Source: Myxococcota bacterium
GTDB lineage: Bacteria > Myxococcota_A > Polyangia > Polyangiales > Sandaracinaceae
NCBI GenBank assembly: GCA_036149055.1
Contig: JAYZQJ010000160.1
Location: forward strand, 1 to 44,787
Reading direction: 5' to 3'
Length of the DNA: 44,787 nucleotides
Every line of letters starts with the position of its first letter. The stretch's first letter is position 1. The notes under the pieces were generated by a model. That model did not search any database. It saw only the letters and a program-made list of their open reading frames with translations, and was not told the origin of the DNA. Position numbers and translations under genes: made by a program. Shown here piece by piece: positions 19,394 to 29,060 of the stretch.

Positions 19394-20305
19394 ATGTCGC
19401 GAGATCGACGCGAGCGCTGGCGACGCGCGGCCCGGGAGGCCCGCCTGACCCCGGACGAAGAGGCGGCGCTGTTCGAGCACGCCATGCCGATCTTCCGGCG
19501 CCGAGGGTCGACCCCCGGCCCCGGCGGGCTGGGCGGACACCGCATCGGAGGGCGCCCGGATCTACCGCCCGAGCTCGCCTGGCCCAAGGACGGCGACGCG
19601 CACCTGACCTTCGTCGCCCAGGTGGACCTCGGCGCGCTCGAGCCGGGGTGGGTGCCGGAGCTGCCCGACGCGGGGTGGCTCTGGTTCTTCCTCGGCGTCG
19701 ACCAGCCGGCGTCCGACGTGACCCACCGGGTGCTGTTCTGGGAGGGGCGCCGGGACGCGCTCGCGCCCGCGGATCCCCCGGGGCCGCCGGTGGCCGTCGA
19801 CCGCCCGGCGTTTCGGCCGATCGTCCCGCGCTTCGAGCCCTCCTTCACCTTCGAGCGGGACGTGGAGCGCGAGCTCGGGCTCGAGGAGTTCACGCTCGAG
19901 CGCTTCGAGCCGGGAGGCACCGAGCTCGGTGGGCTGCCGGTGTGGTGGATGGCCGACGCGCGCGAAGACGCGCAGCTGTTCGCGAGCGGCCTCGGCCCGC
20001 TGCTGCACCACACGCACCAGACCCCGGCGAAGCTCCGGCGCTCGACCGAGGCCGCCCGCAAGAGCGGTGACCCGGCCCGGCTGGCGGCGGCGGAGGAGCG
20101 GGAGCGGCTCCTGGAGCGGTACCGGGCGGACGAGACCCGGCACCGGGCGGAGGCCAAGCGGTGGCGCTGCCTGCTCACCCTCGGATCAGAGCCCGCCGCC
20201 GACATGTGCTGGTGGGACGCCGGCTACCTCCACTTCCTGATCCATCAGGAGGCGCTCTGGATGCGAGACTTCCACGAGACCTACTGCTGCGTCGCCACGA
20301 GCTGA
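19394..20305 (+). CDS. DUF1963/YwqG family protein
   Basis: RIGGRPDLP..WP..LTFVAQVDL..LPDAGWLWFF...WWDAGYLHFLI...RDF. Confidence 0.85.
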   Translation: MSRDRRERWRRAAREARLTPDEEAALFEHAMPIFRRRGSTPGPGGLGGHRIGGRPDLPPELAWPKDGDAHLTFVAQVDLGALEPGWVPELPDAGWLWFFLGVDQPASDVTHRVLFWEGRRDALAPADPPGPPVAVDRPAFRPIVPRFEPSFTFERDVERELGLEEFTLERFEPGGTELGGLPVWWMADAREDAQLFASGLGPLLHHTHQTPAKLRRSTEAARKSGDPARLAAAEERERLLERYRADETRHRAEAKRWRCLLTLGSEPAADMCWWDAGYLHFLIHQEALWMRDFHETYCCVATS

Positions 20306-20392
20306 GCTGACGCGGTGGCACGGTCCGGCATGGGCTCGGGCGGGCGGCGCCGGGGGGCGCGGGCTGGCACCGGATGTGCTGCAATGGCGGGG

Positions 20393-21859
20393 ATGCGTCG
20401 CGCCTGGCTTCTCCTCCCCGTCCTGGTGGCCTGTGCCTCTCCCGAGGGTGAGGCCGCGTATCGGCCGCTCGCGTGCGGGGAGGCGGCGGCGGGGGAGGTG
20501 ACCGAGGTCGCGTCGTTCCTCGGCAACGCGCGCGGCCTCTCGATGGGGGAGTGCGGCCATCTCAGCTGGACCACGCCGGACGGGGACGTGGTGCGTCTGG
20601 AGCCCGGGCTCGAGGGGCCCGAGACCCTGGCGACCGCCGCCGCGGGAGCCACCCTCTCGCAGGCCGGCGACCAGCTGCTGCTCCGCGACACCGAGGGCGG
20701 GGTGACCTGGCGGCGGCTGCCCGACGGGGAGGCGCACCGGGTGGAGGCCAGCGCGCAGGGGTTCGCCCGGCTGGGCGACCGGGAGCTCGCCTGGGCCTGC
20801 GGCGGCGGGGAGATCGGCGTGTTCGACGAGGAGGGGTTCACCCCGCTCGTGGACGACGTGGCCACCTGCGCCGGCCTCGCGCTCGCGCCGGGGGCGCCGG
20901 TGCTGCTCTACGTGGGGCCCGAGGACCTGCTCCGCCGGATCCGGCTCGACACCGGGGCCTCGATCGGGCTGCCGGAGGTCCCCTTCATCGCGGTGCGCGG
21001 CGATCAGCTGAGCCTGAGCCGAGACGGACGCCTGCTCGTGCATCGGCCGGTGCGCGCGTCGCAGCACGTGGGGCTCTTCGATCTCGAGGCCGACGAGCGC
21101 TTCCTCGGCGCGATCGAGGTGCGCTCGCACCAGGTGCTCCAGGCCGGCGATCACACGCTCGCGATCTACGGGACCGAGGGCGCCTACGTGGTCACCCCGG
21201 ACGGCTGGGTGAACCTCTACGAGGGCGGCGACGTGTGGGCGCTGTCGGAGGACGGCGAGCGGGCGCTGATCTACTTCGAGGGCACCGACGCGGAGGACCG
21301 ACGCTTCGAGGTGGCGACCCTCGACGACTTCACCAGCGAGCGGCTCGAGCTGCCGACCCACGGGGTGCTCGGCCTCGCCGGTCGCTCCGAGGACGGTGGG
21401 GCGGTGGTGATCCAGCTCCGGACCGCGGACGGCGACGTGCGGCTGTTCCGGGGACGCTGGACCGACGGCGCGCTCGAGGAGCTCACCCCGCCCGGCCTGA
21501 ACCCGCGGGTCTACTGGGTGGCCGACGACGGCGCGACGCTCGTCCACGTGAACGACGACGCGGCGGCCCTGGTCGATCCGTCGGGGGAGATCGCGGCCCG
21601 CTTCGCCAACGTGGGCACCCTGAGCGCGCGGGCGACCGCCCGAGGCGCGCTCCTCCAGATCCGGGACCGCGACTTCAGGGAGCAGCGCCTCATCGCGGTG
21701 CGGGGCGACGGGACCCAGCGGACCCTCTTCAGCGGGGAGTCGCTCCAGCAGGTGCTGCTCGACCGCGGCGGCGCGCGGGTGGCCTTCACCACCTTCGGGC
21801 CCGACGAGGCCGATCCGACGATGTTCCGGACGACGGTGTGGGCAGGCGCCCCACACTGA
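20393..21859 (+). CDS. lipoprotein, probable beta-propeller
   Basis: MRRAWLLLPVLVA-C lipobox; repeated LSxDGxxL beta-rich motifs. Confidence 0.7.
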   Translation: MRRAWLLLPVLVACASPEGEAAYRPLACGEAAAGEVTEVASFLGNARGLSMGECGHLSWTTPDGDVVRLEPGLEGPETLATAAAGATLSQAGDQLLLRDTEGGVTWRRLPDGEAHRVEASAQGFARLGDRELAWACGGGEIGVFDEEGFTPLVDDVATCAGLALAPGAPVLLYVGPEDLLRRIRLDTGASIGLPEVPFIAVRGDQLSLSRDGRLLVHRPVRASQHVGLFDLEADERFLGAIEVRSHQVLQAGDHTLAIYGTEGAYVVTPDGWVNLYEGGDVWALSEDGERALIYFEGTDAEDRRFEVATLDDFTSERLELPTHGVLGLAGRSEDGGAVVIQLRTADGDVRLFRGRWTDGALEELTPPGLNPRVYWVADDGATLVHVNDDAAALVDPSGEIAARFANVGTLSARATARGALLQIRDRDFREQRLIAVRGDGTQRTLFSGESLQQVLLDRGGARVAFTTFGPDEADPTMFRTTVWAGAPH

Positions 21860-21972
21860 TGGGGTGAACCGACCTCGGGGTGGCGGCTGGAGTTGTCACC
21901 GGGGCGGGCTGGTATCCCGAGGCGGAGGCTGGCACAGTCGCTGCTCCCGAACAGCTTCGGAGTATACGCAGC

Positions 21973-23670
21973 ATGAAGCGCCTGACTTTCCTCGCCCTCT
22001 CCTTCGCCCTCGGATGCTCGGCCGCCCCCGGCCCGGGCTCGGGCAACCGCGACTCCGGCGCCCCGACCGAAGACGCCTACGTCCCGCCCCGCACCGACGC
22101 CGGGCCCGGGGACGAGTGCGGCAACGGGCTCGACGACGACATGGACGACCGCGTCGACGAGGGCTGCACCTGCTCGCGTGGCGACCGTCAGCGCTGCTGG
22201 CCCGGCGATCCGGCCCAGGCGGGCGTCGGGGCGTGCGGGTGGGGCACCCAGGACTGCGTCGCCGACATGGAATTCGGGCGATGGGACCGCTGCGTCCTCT
22301 ACGGCCGCGCCTCGGACGAGGTCTGTGACGGGGTCGACAACGACTGCGACGGAGAGCTCGACGAGGGCTGCGAGTGTCGCACCGGTGACACCGAGGACTG
22401 CTACACCGGCCCTGCCGGCACCGAGGGCGTCGGCCTCTGCGCGGCCGGCAGCCGGAGCTGCGAGGCCACCGCGGACGGATCGGCCTGGGGCAGCTGCTCG
22501 GGCGACGTGCTCCCCGCCGCCGAGGTGTGCGACGGCTCGGACGACGAGGACTGCGACGGCCGCATCGACGAGGGCTGCACCTGCGTCCCCGGCGAGAGCC
22601 GCTCCTGCTACTCCGGCCCGGCGGGCACCAGCGGCCGCGGTGAGTGCCGCGCCGGCGTGCAGCGCTGCGAGGGCGATCCCTCGACCTGGGGCAGCTGCGT
22701 GGGCGAGGTGACCCCCGGCGGCGAGGTCTGCGGCAGCGGCCGCGACGAGGACTGCGACGGCCTCGTGGACTGCGCCGACTCCGACTGCGAGACCTCGAGC
22801 GCCTGCTGCACCCCCTTCGACGAGACCCTCGCGGTCGTGCCGGCCGAGGGCGAGCTGCTCTTCGTGGTGGACCGCTCGGGCAGCATGGACTGGCCCGCCT
22901 CCTCCGGCGTGACCCGCTGGCAGGCCCTCCGCGACGCGATGGACACCGTCCTGCCGTCGCTCACCGACCTCCACATGGGCCTGCTGACCTTCCCCGAGAT
23001 GGACGGCACCTCCGAGCGCGACAACTGCATGGTGGCCGGCAGCCCCGACATCGCGATGTCGCTCGGCACCGGCAGCTCCATCTCGTCGCGCCTGGTCACG
23101 GTGGACCCCCGCGCCGGTGACACGCCGACCCCGGCCGCCTTCTCGACCGTGCAGAGCTACCTCACCGGCGCGCCGTCGACCCGCGAGCAGTTCGTGGTCC
23201 TGATGACCGACGGCCTGCCCGAGCCGAACTGCGGCGCCACCGTGCCGGCCACGGTCACCGCGATCGCGAACCTGCGCAGCTCGCTCGGCATCGACACCTT
23301 CGTGCTCGGCATCGTCGGGCCCGACAACATGGGCGACACGAGCGGCATCCCGGCGCTCCGCGACGCGCTCAACATGTTCGCCGACGCCGGCGGCCGCGCC
23401 CGCCCGGGCTCGACCCGCTACTACGAGGCGCTCGACGGCCCCGCGCTCACCCGCGCCCTCCGCGCCATCATCGCCGCCGCGACCGACTGCCACTTCGAGC
23501 TGTCGACCGCGCCCGGCCGCCCCGGCTCGGTCACCGTCCGCCAGGACGGCGCCGTCGTCCCGGCCAGCGGCTACAGCCTGAGCGGCACCCGCCTCGAGTT
23601 CACCGGCTCCTACTGCGACAACATCCAGGCCGGCCTCGTCAGCAGCATCCGCGTCTCGGATGGGTGCTGA
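21973..23670 (+). CDS. Cys-rich-repeat lipoprotein with C-terminal vWA domain (adhesin-like)
   Basis: LALSFALG-C lipobox; EVCDGxDxDCDGxxDEGC repeats; complete MIDAS (DRSGS, GDTPT, LMTDG). Confidence 0.88.
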   Translation: MKRLTFLALSFALGCSAAPGPGSGNRDSGAPTEDAYVPPRTDAGPGDECGNGLDDDMDDRVDEGCTCSRGDRQRCWPGDPAQAGVGACGWGTQDCVADMEFGRWDRCVLYGRASDEVCDGVDNDCDGELDEGCECRTGDTEDCYTGPAGTEGVGLCAAGSRSCEATADGSAWGSCSGDVLPAAEVCDGSDDEDCDGRIDEGCTCVPGESRSCYSGPAGTSGRGECRAGVQRCEGDPSTWGSCVGEVTPGGEVCGSGRDEDCDGLVDCADSDCETSSACCTPFDETLAVVPAEGELLFVVDRSGSMDWPASSGVTRWQALRDAMDTVLPSLTDLHMGLLTFPEMDGTSERDNCMVAGSPDIAMSLGTGSSISSRLVTVDPRAGDTPTPAAFSTVQSYLTGAPSTREQFVVLMTDGLPEPNCGATVPATVTAIANLRSSLGIDTFVLGIVGPDNMGDTSGIPALRDALNMFADAGGRARPGSTRYYEALDGPALTRALRAIIAAATDCHFELSTAPGRPGSVTVRQDGAVVPASGYSLSGTRLEFTGSYCDNIQAGLVSSIRVSDGC

Positions 23671-23771
23671 TCGGGCGACCGGGGGACGATCCCAGCCGGC
23701 GGCGGCCTCCACTCCGTCGCCCTCTGCGTCTCTGCGCCTCTGCGAGAGACGATCGGTCGTAGAATCGCAGC

Positions 23772-24926
23772 ATGCTTCGGTTTCTGTGGCTGGGTCTCGC
23801 GCTCTCGGTGGTTCCGTTCTCGGCGCGCGCGCAGGGGGTCGAGAACACTCCGTCGCTCTGTCAGAACGGGGAGGACGACGACGGGGATGGTCTCGTCGAC
23901 TGCGCGGACGACGGCTGCGCGCAGCTGATCTTCTGCGCGACCGGATCGCCGACCGCCGAGGTCTGTGACGACGGGGACGACGACGACGGGGATGGGCTGG
24001 TCGACTGCGACGACGACGACTGCCGACAGCAGTGCTCGCGCTCGATCGCGATCGACGGCCAGCCCGGAGACCGCCCGATCTATCAGCCGCGCGTCCGGCC
24101 GGAGCCCGAGCCCGAGGTCGGCTTCCTCGAGCACGACGATCCGCGGCGCTACCCGACCCGCGCCGCGCTCCAGCCGCAGACCTACCTGAGCGGCATGCTC
24201 GTGCCCCGGCTGGGCTTCGCGCTGTCGCCCTTCGACATCTTCCGCGACGATCACCTCGCTCAGCTCGGGGTGGGGCTCACCTACGGCATCTTCGACTTCT
24301 GGCAGGTCACCGTGCTCCTGCCGGTGCTGCGCATGGCCCCGAGCGTCGACTTCGAGAACCCGGCGCTGAGCACCACCCTGCGCATCTTCGAGAGCGAGGT
24401 GCTCGAGCTGTCGCTCTACGCGAACCTCGCCTGGCCCATCGACCGGGCGAGCACGCTCGGCGATCCGGAGCCGCTGCCGACGCATCACCTGCTGGCCCGC
24501 TCGCGCTTCAGCGACGTGACCCACCTCGACGGCGGCTTCCTGGTGCGCGTGCACGCGGGCGAGTGGGTGCGCCTCGACGCGACCGTGCCGGTGGTGACCG
24601 CGGTCTTCGCCGACTCGGTCCGCGGCGACGTGACGATCGATCTGCGGGCCCTCGTCTCGCTCGGTGACTTCGCCTACCTCGGCGCCTACTCCGGGATCAT
24701 CCTGCCCGGCCCGAACCTCGACCGACCCAACGTGCCCTTCGGCTTCTTCGCGGGCGCGATCGTGCCGGGGCCGACGTCGCGGGGCCCGCTGATGGACCTC
24801 ACGCTGCGCTTCGGCTGGCCGGTCTTCTACGACGGGGCGCCCGGCCTCGGGAGCGGCGGCGCGGTGGTGACCGACTTCTGGCAGCTGACCTTCGAGGCGC
24901 GCCTCTTCACGTTCCTGCTCCCATGA
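23772..24926 (+). CDS. secreted protein with Asp/Cys repeats and a probable outer-membrane beta-barrel
   Basis: Signal peptide ..SARA|Q; two CxxGxDDDGDGLVDCxDxxC repeats; alternating amphipathic strands ending FEARLFTFLLP. Confidence 0.65.
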   Translation: MLRFLWLGLALSVVPFSARAQGVENTPSLCQNGEDDDGDGLVDCADDGCAQLIFCATGSPTAEVCDDGDDDDGDGLVDCDDDDCRQQCSRSIAIDGQPGDRPIYQPRVRPEPEPEVGFLEHDDPRRYPTRAALQPQTYLSGMLVPRLGFALSPFDIFRDDHLAQLGVGLTYGIFDFWQVTVLLPVLRMAPSVDFENPALSTTLRIFESEVLELSLYANLAWPIDRASTLGDPEPLPTHHLLARSRFSDVTHLDGGFLVRVHAGEWVRLDATVPVVTAVFADSVRGDVTIDLRALVSLGDFAYLGAYSGIILPGPNLDRPNVPFGFFAGAIVPGPTSRGPLMDLTLRFGWPVFYDGAPGLGSGGAVVTDFWQLTFEARLFTFLLP

Positions 24927-26227
24927 ACGCCCGGGTGGGGCTCGCCGCGCTCGCGTTCTTCATGGTGACGAGTCGCGGGCTGACGGTGGGCGACGCGGCC
25001 GTGCACCTCGACGTGGCCGACGGGCTGGTCTCGCGGGGTGACCTCGCGCTCTCGTTCGACGTCGGGCCGCTCGCGGTGAGCACCGAGCCGGTCGCGGGGG
25101 CGCTCCTGCACACCGACGCCGAGGGCCGGGTCCGCTCCTCGCTGCCCCTCGGCATGGCCCTCGTCGGCGCGCCGCTGGTGGCGGTGGGCGGGCTCTTCAC
25201 GGACCGCCCGCTCGCCGACGTCATCGCGCCGCTGTTCGACCCGGAGACCCGCGAGCTCGGGGCGGCCCTCGGGCCGCTCAACCGCGATCCGCGCGCGCTC
25301 GCGTTCGCGCTGCTCGGGCCGATCTCGGGCGCGATCTCGATCCTCTGCGTCTGGCTCCTCCTGGACGACGTCTCGCGCCGGGCCCGACTCGCGGCCGTGA
25401 TCGCGCTGGCGCTCTCGCCGCTCGGGGTGTTCGCCGGCACGGGCTGGACGCAGAGCGTGACCGCGGCTTGCCTGGCCTTCGGCGCCTGGCGCGTCCGCCG
25501 CGGCCAGGCCTGGGAGGTCGGCCTCGCGCTCGCGCTCGCCACCCTCGTCCGCCCGGACCACGCGCCGCTCGCCATCCCCTTCGCGCTCGCCGTCGACAGA
25601 CGCCCCCGCGACCTCGCCGCCGTGCTCGGCCCGGTCGCCGCCGTCGGCCTGCTCTACGCCGCGCTCGCCCCGACGCGCTACGGCGGCGGCTACGCCTGGG
25701 CCACGGTGATCGAGGGCCTGAGCGGCCTCCTCTTCAGCCCCCTGACCGGCCTCTTCGTCTACGCCCCGTTCGCCCTCGTGGGCCTGCTCGGCGCGCCGCG
25801 GCTCGGCCGCCTCCGCTGGCTGCTGCTCGTGCCCGGGATCCAGCTCGCCACCTACGCCGCCTGGTTCGACTGGTCGGCGCACCTCGCGTACGGCCCTCGC
25901 TTCCTCGTGCCCTCCCTGCCCATCCTGGCGGTCGCCTTCGGCCTCGCCTTCGAGCGCCACCGCGCGCCGGCGCTCCTCGCGATCGCGGTCGGCGCCGCCC
26001 TCGCGATCCCCGGCCTGCTGCTCGCGCACGCGCGCATCCCCGAGGTCACCGCGTGGGCTCATCCGACCTTCGTCGACGCGTGGGCCGCGCTCCTCCGGGC
26101 CGGCGTCATCGACTGCACGTCGACCTACGTCCCCGCCCAGGCGGTGGGGACGCTCGTCGTCATATCGTCATTCGCGCTGCTCTCCAGGCGGCGCGGACCA
26201 GGGCCGCGCTCCACCACGCCGCCGTGA
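24923..26227 (+). CDS. multi-pass membrane protein, GT-C-like glycosyltransferase candidate
   Basis: About 10 TM segments, N-terminal loop 'GD', LVRP, GLLFSPLTGLFVYAP and YGPRFLVPSLP motifs. ATGA-coupled to the upstream gene. Confidence 0.6.
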   Translation: MNARVGLAALAFFMVTSRGLTVGDAAVHLDVADGLVSRGDLALSFDVGPLAVSTEPVAGALLHTDAEGRVRSSLPLGMALVGAPLVAVGGLFTDRPLADVIAPLFDPETRELGAALGPLNRDPRALAFALLGPISGAISILCVWLLLDDVSRRARLAAVIALALSPLGVFAGTGWTQSVTAACLAFGAWRVRRGQAWEVGLALALATLVRPDHAPLAIPFALAVDRRPRDLAAVLGPVAAVGLLYAALAPTRYGGGYAWATVIEGLSGLLFSPLTGLFVYAPFALVGLLGAPRLGRLRWLLLVPGIQLATYAAWFDWSAHLAYGPRFLVPSLPILAVAFGLAFERHRAPALLAIAVGAALAIPGLLLAHARIPEVTAWAHPTFVDAWAALLRAGVIDCTSTYVPAQAVGTLVVISSFALLSRRRGPGPRSTTPP

Positions 26228-26417
26228 GCGCCACGAGCCCCGCGCCGCCGACCCGGACGAGCAGGAAGACCCCGGCGATGAGCGCCTGATCGACCGAGGC
26301 GCCGCCCGGAGAGAGGAAGGCCGCCGCCGCGTTGGTGTCGACGGCGAGCCCGGCGAGGAGGCGGTCGAGGCCCAGCGCGACGAGCGAGATCGCCGCGAGC
26401 GCGATCCCGGTCTTCAT
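26160..26417 (-). CDS. small membrane protein
   Basis: 85 aa, MKTGIALAAISLVALGL..., two hydrophobic segments. RBS GGAGG and ATGA overlap with the upstream gene. Confidence 0.65.
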   Translation of the reverse strand: MKTGIALAAISLVALGLDRLLAGLAVDTNAAAAFLSPGGASVDQALIAGVFLLVRVGGAGLVALTAAWWSAALVRAAWRAARMTI

Positions 26418-27547
26418 CGCGCCTCCCAGCGCGAGGGCGGCAGCGCGGTCGTCAGCGCGAAGAGCAGCGCGTCGCCGAGCGGCCCACCGAGCGCGTGGCG
26501 CCCGTCCACCGGGCCGCCGAAGAAGCTCGCCGTCGCGAGGTGCGCCCGGAACGTCTCGCGGTCGCCGTGGGCGCGCGCGAGGCCGATCACGAAGCCGGTC
26601 GCGCTCACCCCCTGGCCGAGGATCACCGGCCCGGAGTCCACGTCCCCCCAGCCGCCGCTCGGCGCCGGGTACTCGCGCGCCGTCCCGAAGCCCAGCGTCC
26701 GGGTCAGCATCCCGGCGCGGAGCGACCGGTGGAGCGCCAGGCTGAGCGCGCCGTCCGAGAACGACAGGAAGTACGCCGCGAGCGCGGTGCCGGATCCGCG
26801 CGGGCCGTCGAGCGGCGCGCCGTCGTCGGGGTCGACGCGCTGGTAGAGCAGCCCGGTCCGCGGATCCCGGTAGCGAGTCTCGAGCCTCCGCGAGAGCCGC
26901 CGCCGCAGCGCGCCGTGGTCCTCGCCGGTCACCGCGTCGTGCACCCCGAGCGCGCCGAAGAAGGTCGTGTTGTCGGTCGGGTAGACCTCGCCCGGGTAGG
27001 TCTCGAGCAGCCCGAGCTCGCTCGCCGACGCGCGCTGCACGAGGTGCCGCATCACCCGCTCCTCCATCTCGACGTGCCGGGACGTCGGGCTCACCGCCCG
27101 CGCGACCGCCAGCGCCAGCGAGAGGTAGCCGAGGTAGCCGACGTGATCGCGGACCCCGCCGAGGTCGCTCAGCGCGTCGCGCCCCCAGGCCTCCCTGTCG
27201 AAGGCGCGGGCCTCGGGCGCGAGCATCGCGTCGAGGCTCTCGTCGATCCGCGCGGCGTGCTCGGCCCGCAGCTCCGGGTGCTCGAGCGCGGTCTGCGCGT
27301 AGCCGAGCACGGCCATCAACCGCGTGACGAAGAGCCACTCCCCGTCGAAGCGGGCCGCGCCGGTGGAGAAGTCCCCGCGGTCGAGGTCCGCTCCCGTCCA
27401 CGCGTCCATCGCCCGCGCGCGCTCCCGCTGCGCCTCGAGCTCCCCGTCGAAGAGCGCGTCCGCGTCGCGCCCGTGCCACGCCGCGAGCCCACGGACCGCG
27501 AGCAGGAAGCCGATCAGGGCGGCGAGGAGGGACGACGCGCGACGCAC
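26414..27547 (-). CDS. exported (alpha/alpha)6-barrel protein, linalool dehydratase/isomerase-like
   Basis: N-terminal signal/TM; ETYPGEVYPTDN, PRGSG, REYP..GDVDSGPVILG..SATGF motifs. Confidence 0.55.
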   Translation of the reverse strand: MRRASSLLAALIGFLLAVRGLAAWHGRDADALFDGELEAQRERARAMDAWTGADLDRGDFSTGAARFDGEWLFVTRLMAVLGYAQTALEHPELRAEHAARIDESLDAMLAPEARAFDREAWGRDALSDLGGVRDHVGYLGYLSLALAVARAVSPTSRHVEMEERVMRHLVQRASASELGLLETYPGEVYPTDNTTFFGALGVHDAVTGEDHGALRRRLSRRLETRYRDPRTGLLYQRVDPDDGAPLDGPRGSGTALAAYFLSFSDGALSLALHRSLRAGMLTRTLGFGTAREYPAPSGGWGDVDSGPVILGQGVSATGFVIGLARAHGDRETFRAHLATASFFGGPVDGRHALGGPLGDALLFALTTALPPSRWEAR

Positions 27548-27643
27548 GGTCAGCCTACGTACGGGGCCCCCGGTCCTGTTTCCGCGCTCTGTCCGGACGG
27601 TCGCGAGACGGCGGCGAGCGGTCGCCGCGCGCCGTCGAGCGGA

Positions 27644-28627
27644 TCACTCGCGGGTCAGGTGCACGCTGGGCGCGTCGCGATGAGCCTGGTGCGCGCGCAC
27701 GACCTCGGCGAGCGCCCCGCGCCCGAGCGCGTCGTAGGCGCGGGCCATGACCTCGGCCGCCGCCGGGTGGGCGTCCTGGCAGTCTCCCCGCGTCCACACC
27801 GCGCGCGCGAGCCCGAGGGCGCGGCCGGGCTGTGAGGCCCCGCGCGCTTCGGTCATGACCGCATCGCAGGCGCCCTCGCGCAGGCGCCGCTCGATCGCTC
27901 CGAGGTCCAGGCGTGGGCCGACCTCGGCCTCGTCGACCACGAGCCCCATCCCGTCGGGGGTCGGGACGGTCGGCCGGCGGCGCGGCGGGGAGGGTGGCCA
28001 CACGTCCGCGGCGCGCGCCGAGGCGACGAGGGCCTCGCGCAGGGCGGTCGCGGCCTCGATCTCGGCGCGGTACTCGTCCGCGTAGTCGGGGTCGTCCTCC
28101 TCGTTCTCGCGGCTGCCTTCGATGCGATCCTCCGCCCAGCCGATGAGCGCCCCGTGCAGGGAGGTCGCGTCGCCTCCGATCTCGTAGGCGTCTGGCGCCC
28201 ACCAGCGCGCGACCGCCGAGGGCGACTCCGGGGTGTCGAACCAGTAGCCCCACTGGAGGCCGTCCGTGTCGCCGGACGCCACGGTGAACAGCTCGGGCGG
28301 CGCGTAGGTGAAGCGCCAGTGGAGCGACATCGGCAGATCCTCGGGCGGGCGCTCGCCGGCGAGCAGATCGAAGGGCCCGCAGAGCACCACGCCGAGCGCG
28401 TCGAAGGCGCGGCGAGGGGCCTCGGGGCGCAGCTCGCGCGCGAGCCTCCACACGGCGAAGAGCTCGTCCGGGAACCGAACGGCGTAGAGCGAGTCGAGCC
28501 GGGCGCGATCGGGGTGGTGCATGGCGGGTGAGGGAGGAGTCGGAGCGGGCTCGTGCGCCGCGCCGCAGCCGCAGCCCACGAGGGTCAGCGCGACGGCGGC
28601 CACGAGGCGCGCAGGGCTCGGTGACAT
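27644..28627 (-). CDS. bacterial HPF1 (DUF2228/C4orf27) homolog with lipoprotein-like N-terminus
   Basis: LYAVRFPDELFAVW, LGVVLCGPFDLLAG, LHWRFTYAPPE, GYWFDTP, TPDGMGLVV and AYDALGRGALAEVVRAHQAHR parallel HPF1 blocks along the whole length. Confidence 0.85.
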   Translation of the reverse strand: MSPSPARLVAAVALTLVGCGCGAAHEPAPTPPSPAMHHPDRARLDSLYAVRFPDELFAVWRLARELRPEAPRRAFDALGVVLCGPFDLLAGERPPEDLPMSLHWRFTYAPPELFTVASGDTDGLQWGYWFDTPESPSAVARWWAPDAYEIGGDATSLHGALIGWAEDRIEGSRENEEDDPDYADEYRAEIEAATALREALVASARAADVWPPSPPRRRPTVPTPDGMGLVVDEAEVGPRLDLGAIERRLREGACDAVMTEARGASQPGRALGLARAVWTRGDCQDAHPAAAEVMARAYDALGRGALAEVVRAHQAHRDAPSVHLTRE

Positions 28628-28680
28628 CGCCGGACCCTACGCCGCTGGCGCGGTCGGCGTCGAGACCCCACGCATACGGA

Positions 28681-28965
28681 ATGGAAGGCTGCGCACTGTG
28701 CGGGCGGGATCGACCGCTGACCTTTCATCACCTGATCCCACGCACCCTGCACCGGAAGAAGCGATACCAGCGCGCGCTGTCGAAGGACGAGCTGCAGCGC
28801 GGGGTGTATCTCTGCCGCGACTGTCACGACGCGGTGCACCGCTTCGTCTCGGAGAAGGAGCTCGGCGCGTCCTACCGCACCCTCGAGGCGCTGCGCGCGC
28901 ACCCGGACATCGCCAAGTTCGCGCGCTGGGTGAGCACGCGCGGCGGTCGTCACCGGATGCGCTGA
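28681..28965 (+). CDS. small HNH-type (YisB-like) Zn-binding protein
   Basis: CALCGR..LTFHHLIP...LCRDCHDAVH..SEKELG..YRTLEAL. Confidence 0.85.
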   Translation: MEGCALCGRDRPLTFHHLIPRTLHRKKRYQRALSKDELQRGVYLCRDCHDAVHRFVSEKELGASYRTLEALRAHPDIAKFARWVSTRGGRHRMR

Positions 28966-29060
28966 GGCTCCCTCGCCTGAGGCCGAGCGTAGGGGTTGCA
29001 CACGAATTCGCCGATGATTATCGGATCCAATCGAGACGACATTCGAGGTGAGGCCGGCCT

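Noticed and set aside
21973..23670. Calling the vWA lipoprotein cglB, or 37040..37996 agmX/gltJ
   Set aside because: Domain types are shared, but these are large paralogous families and no gliding-operon context is present.
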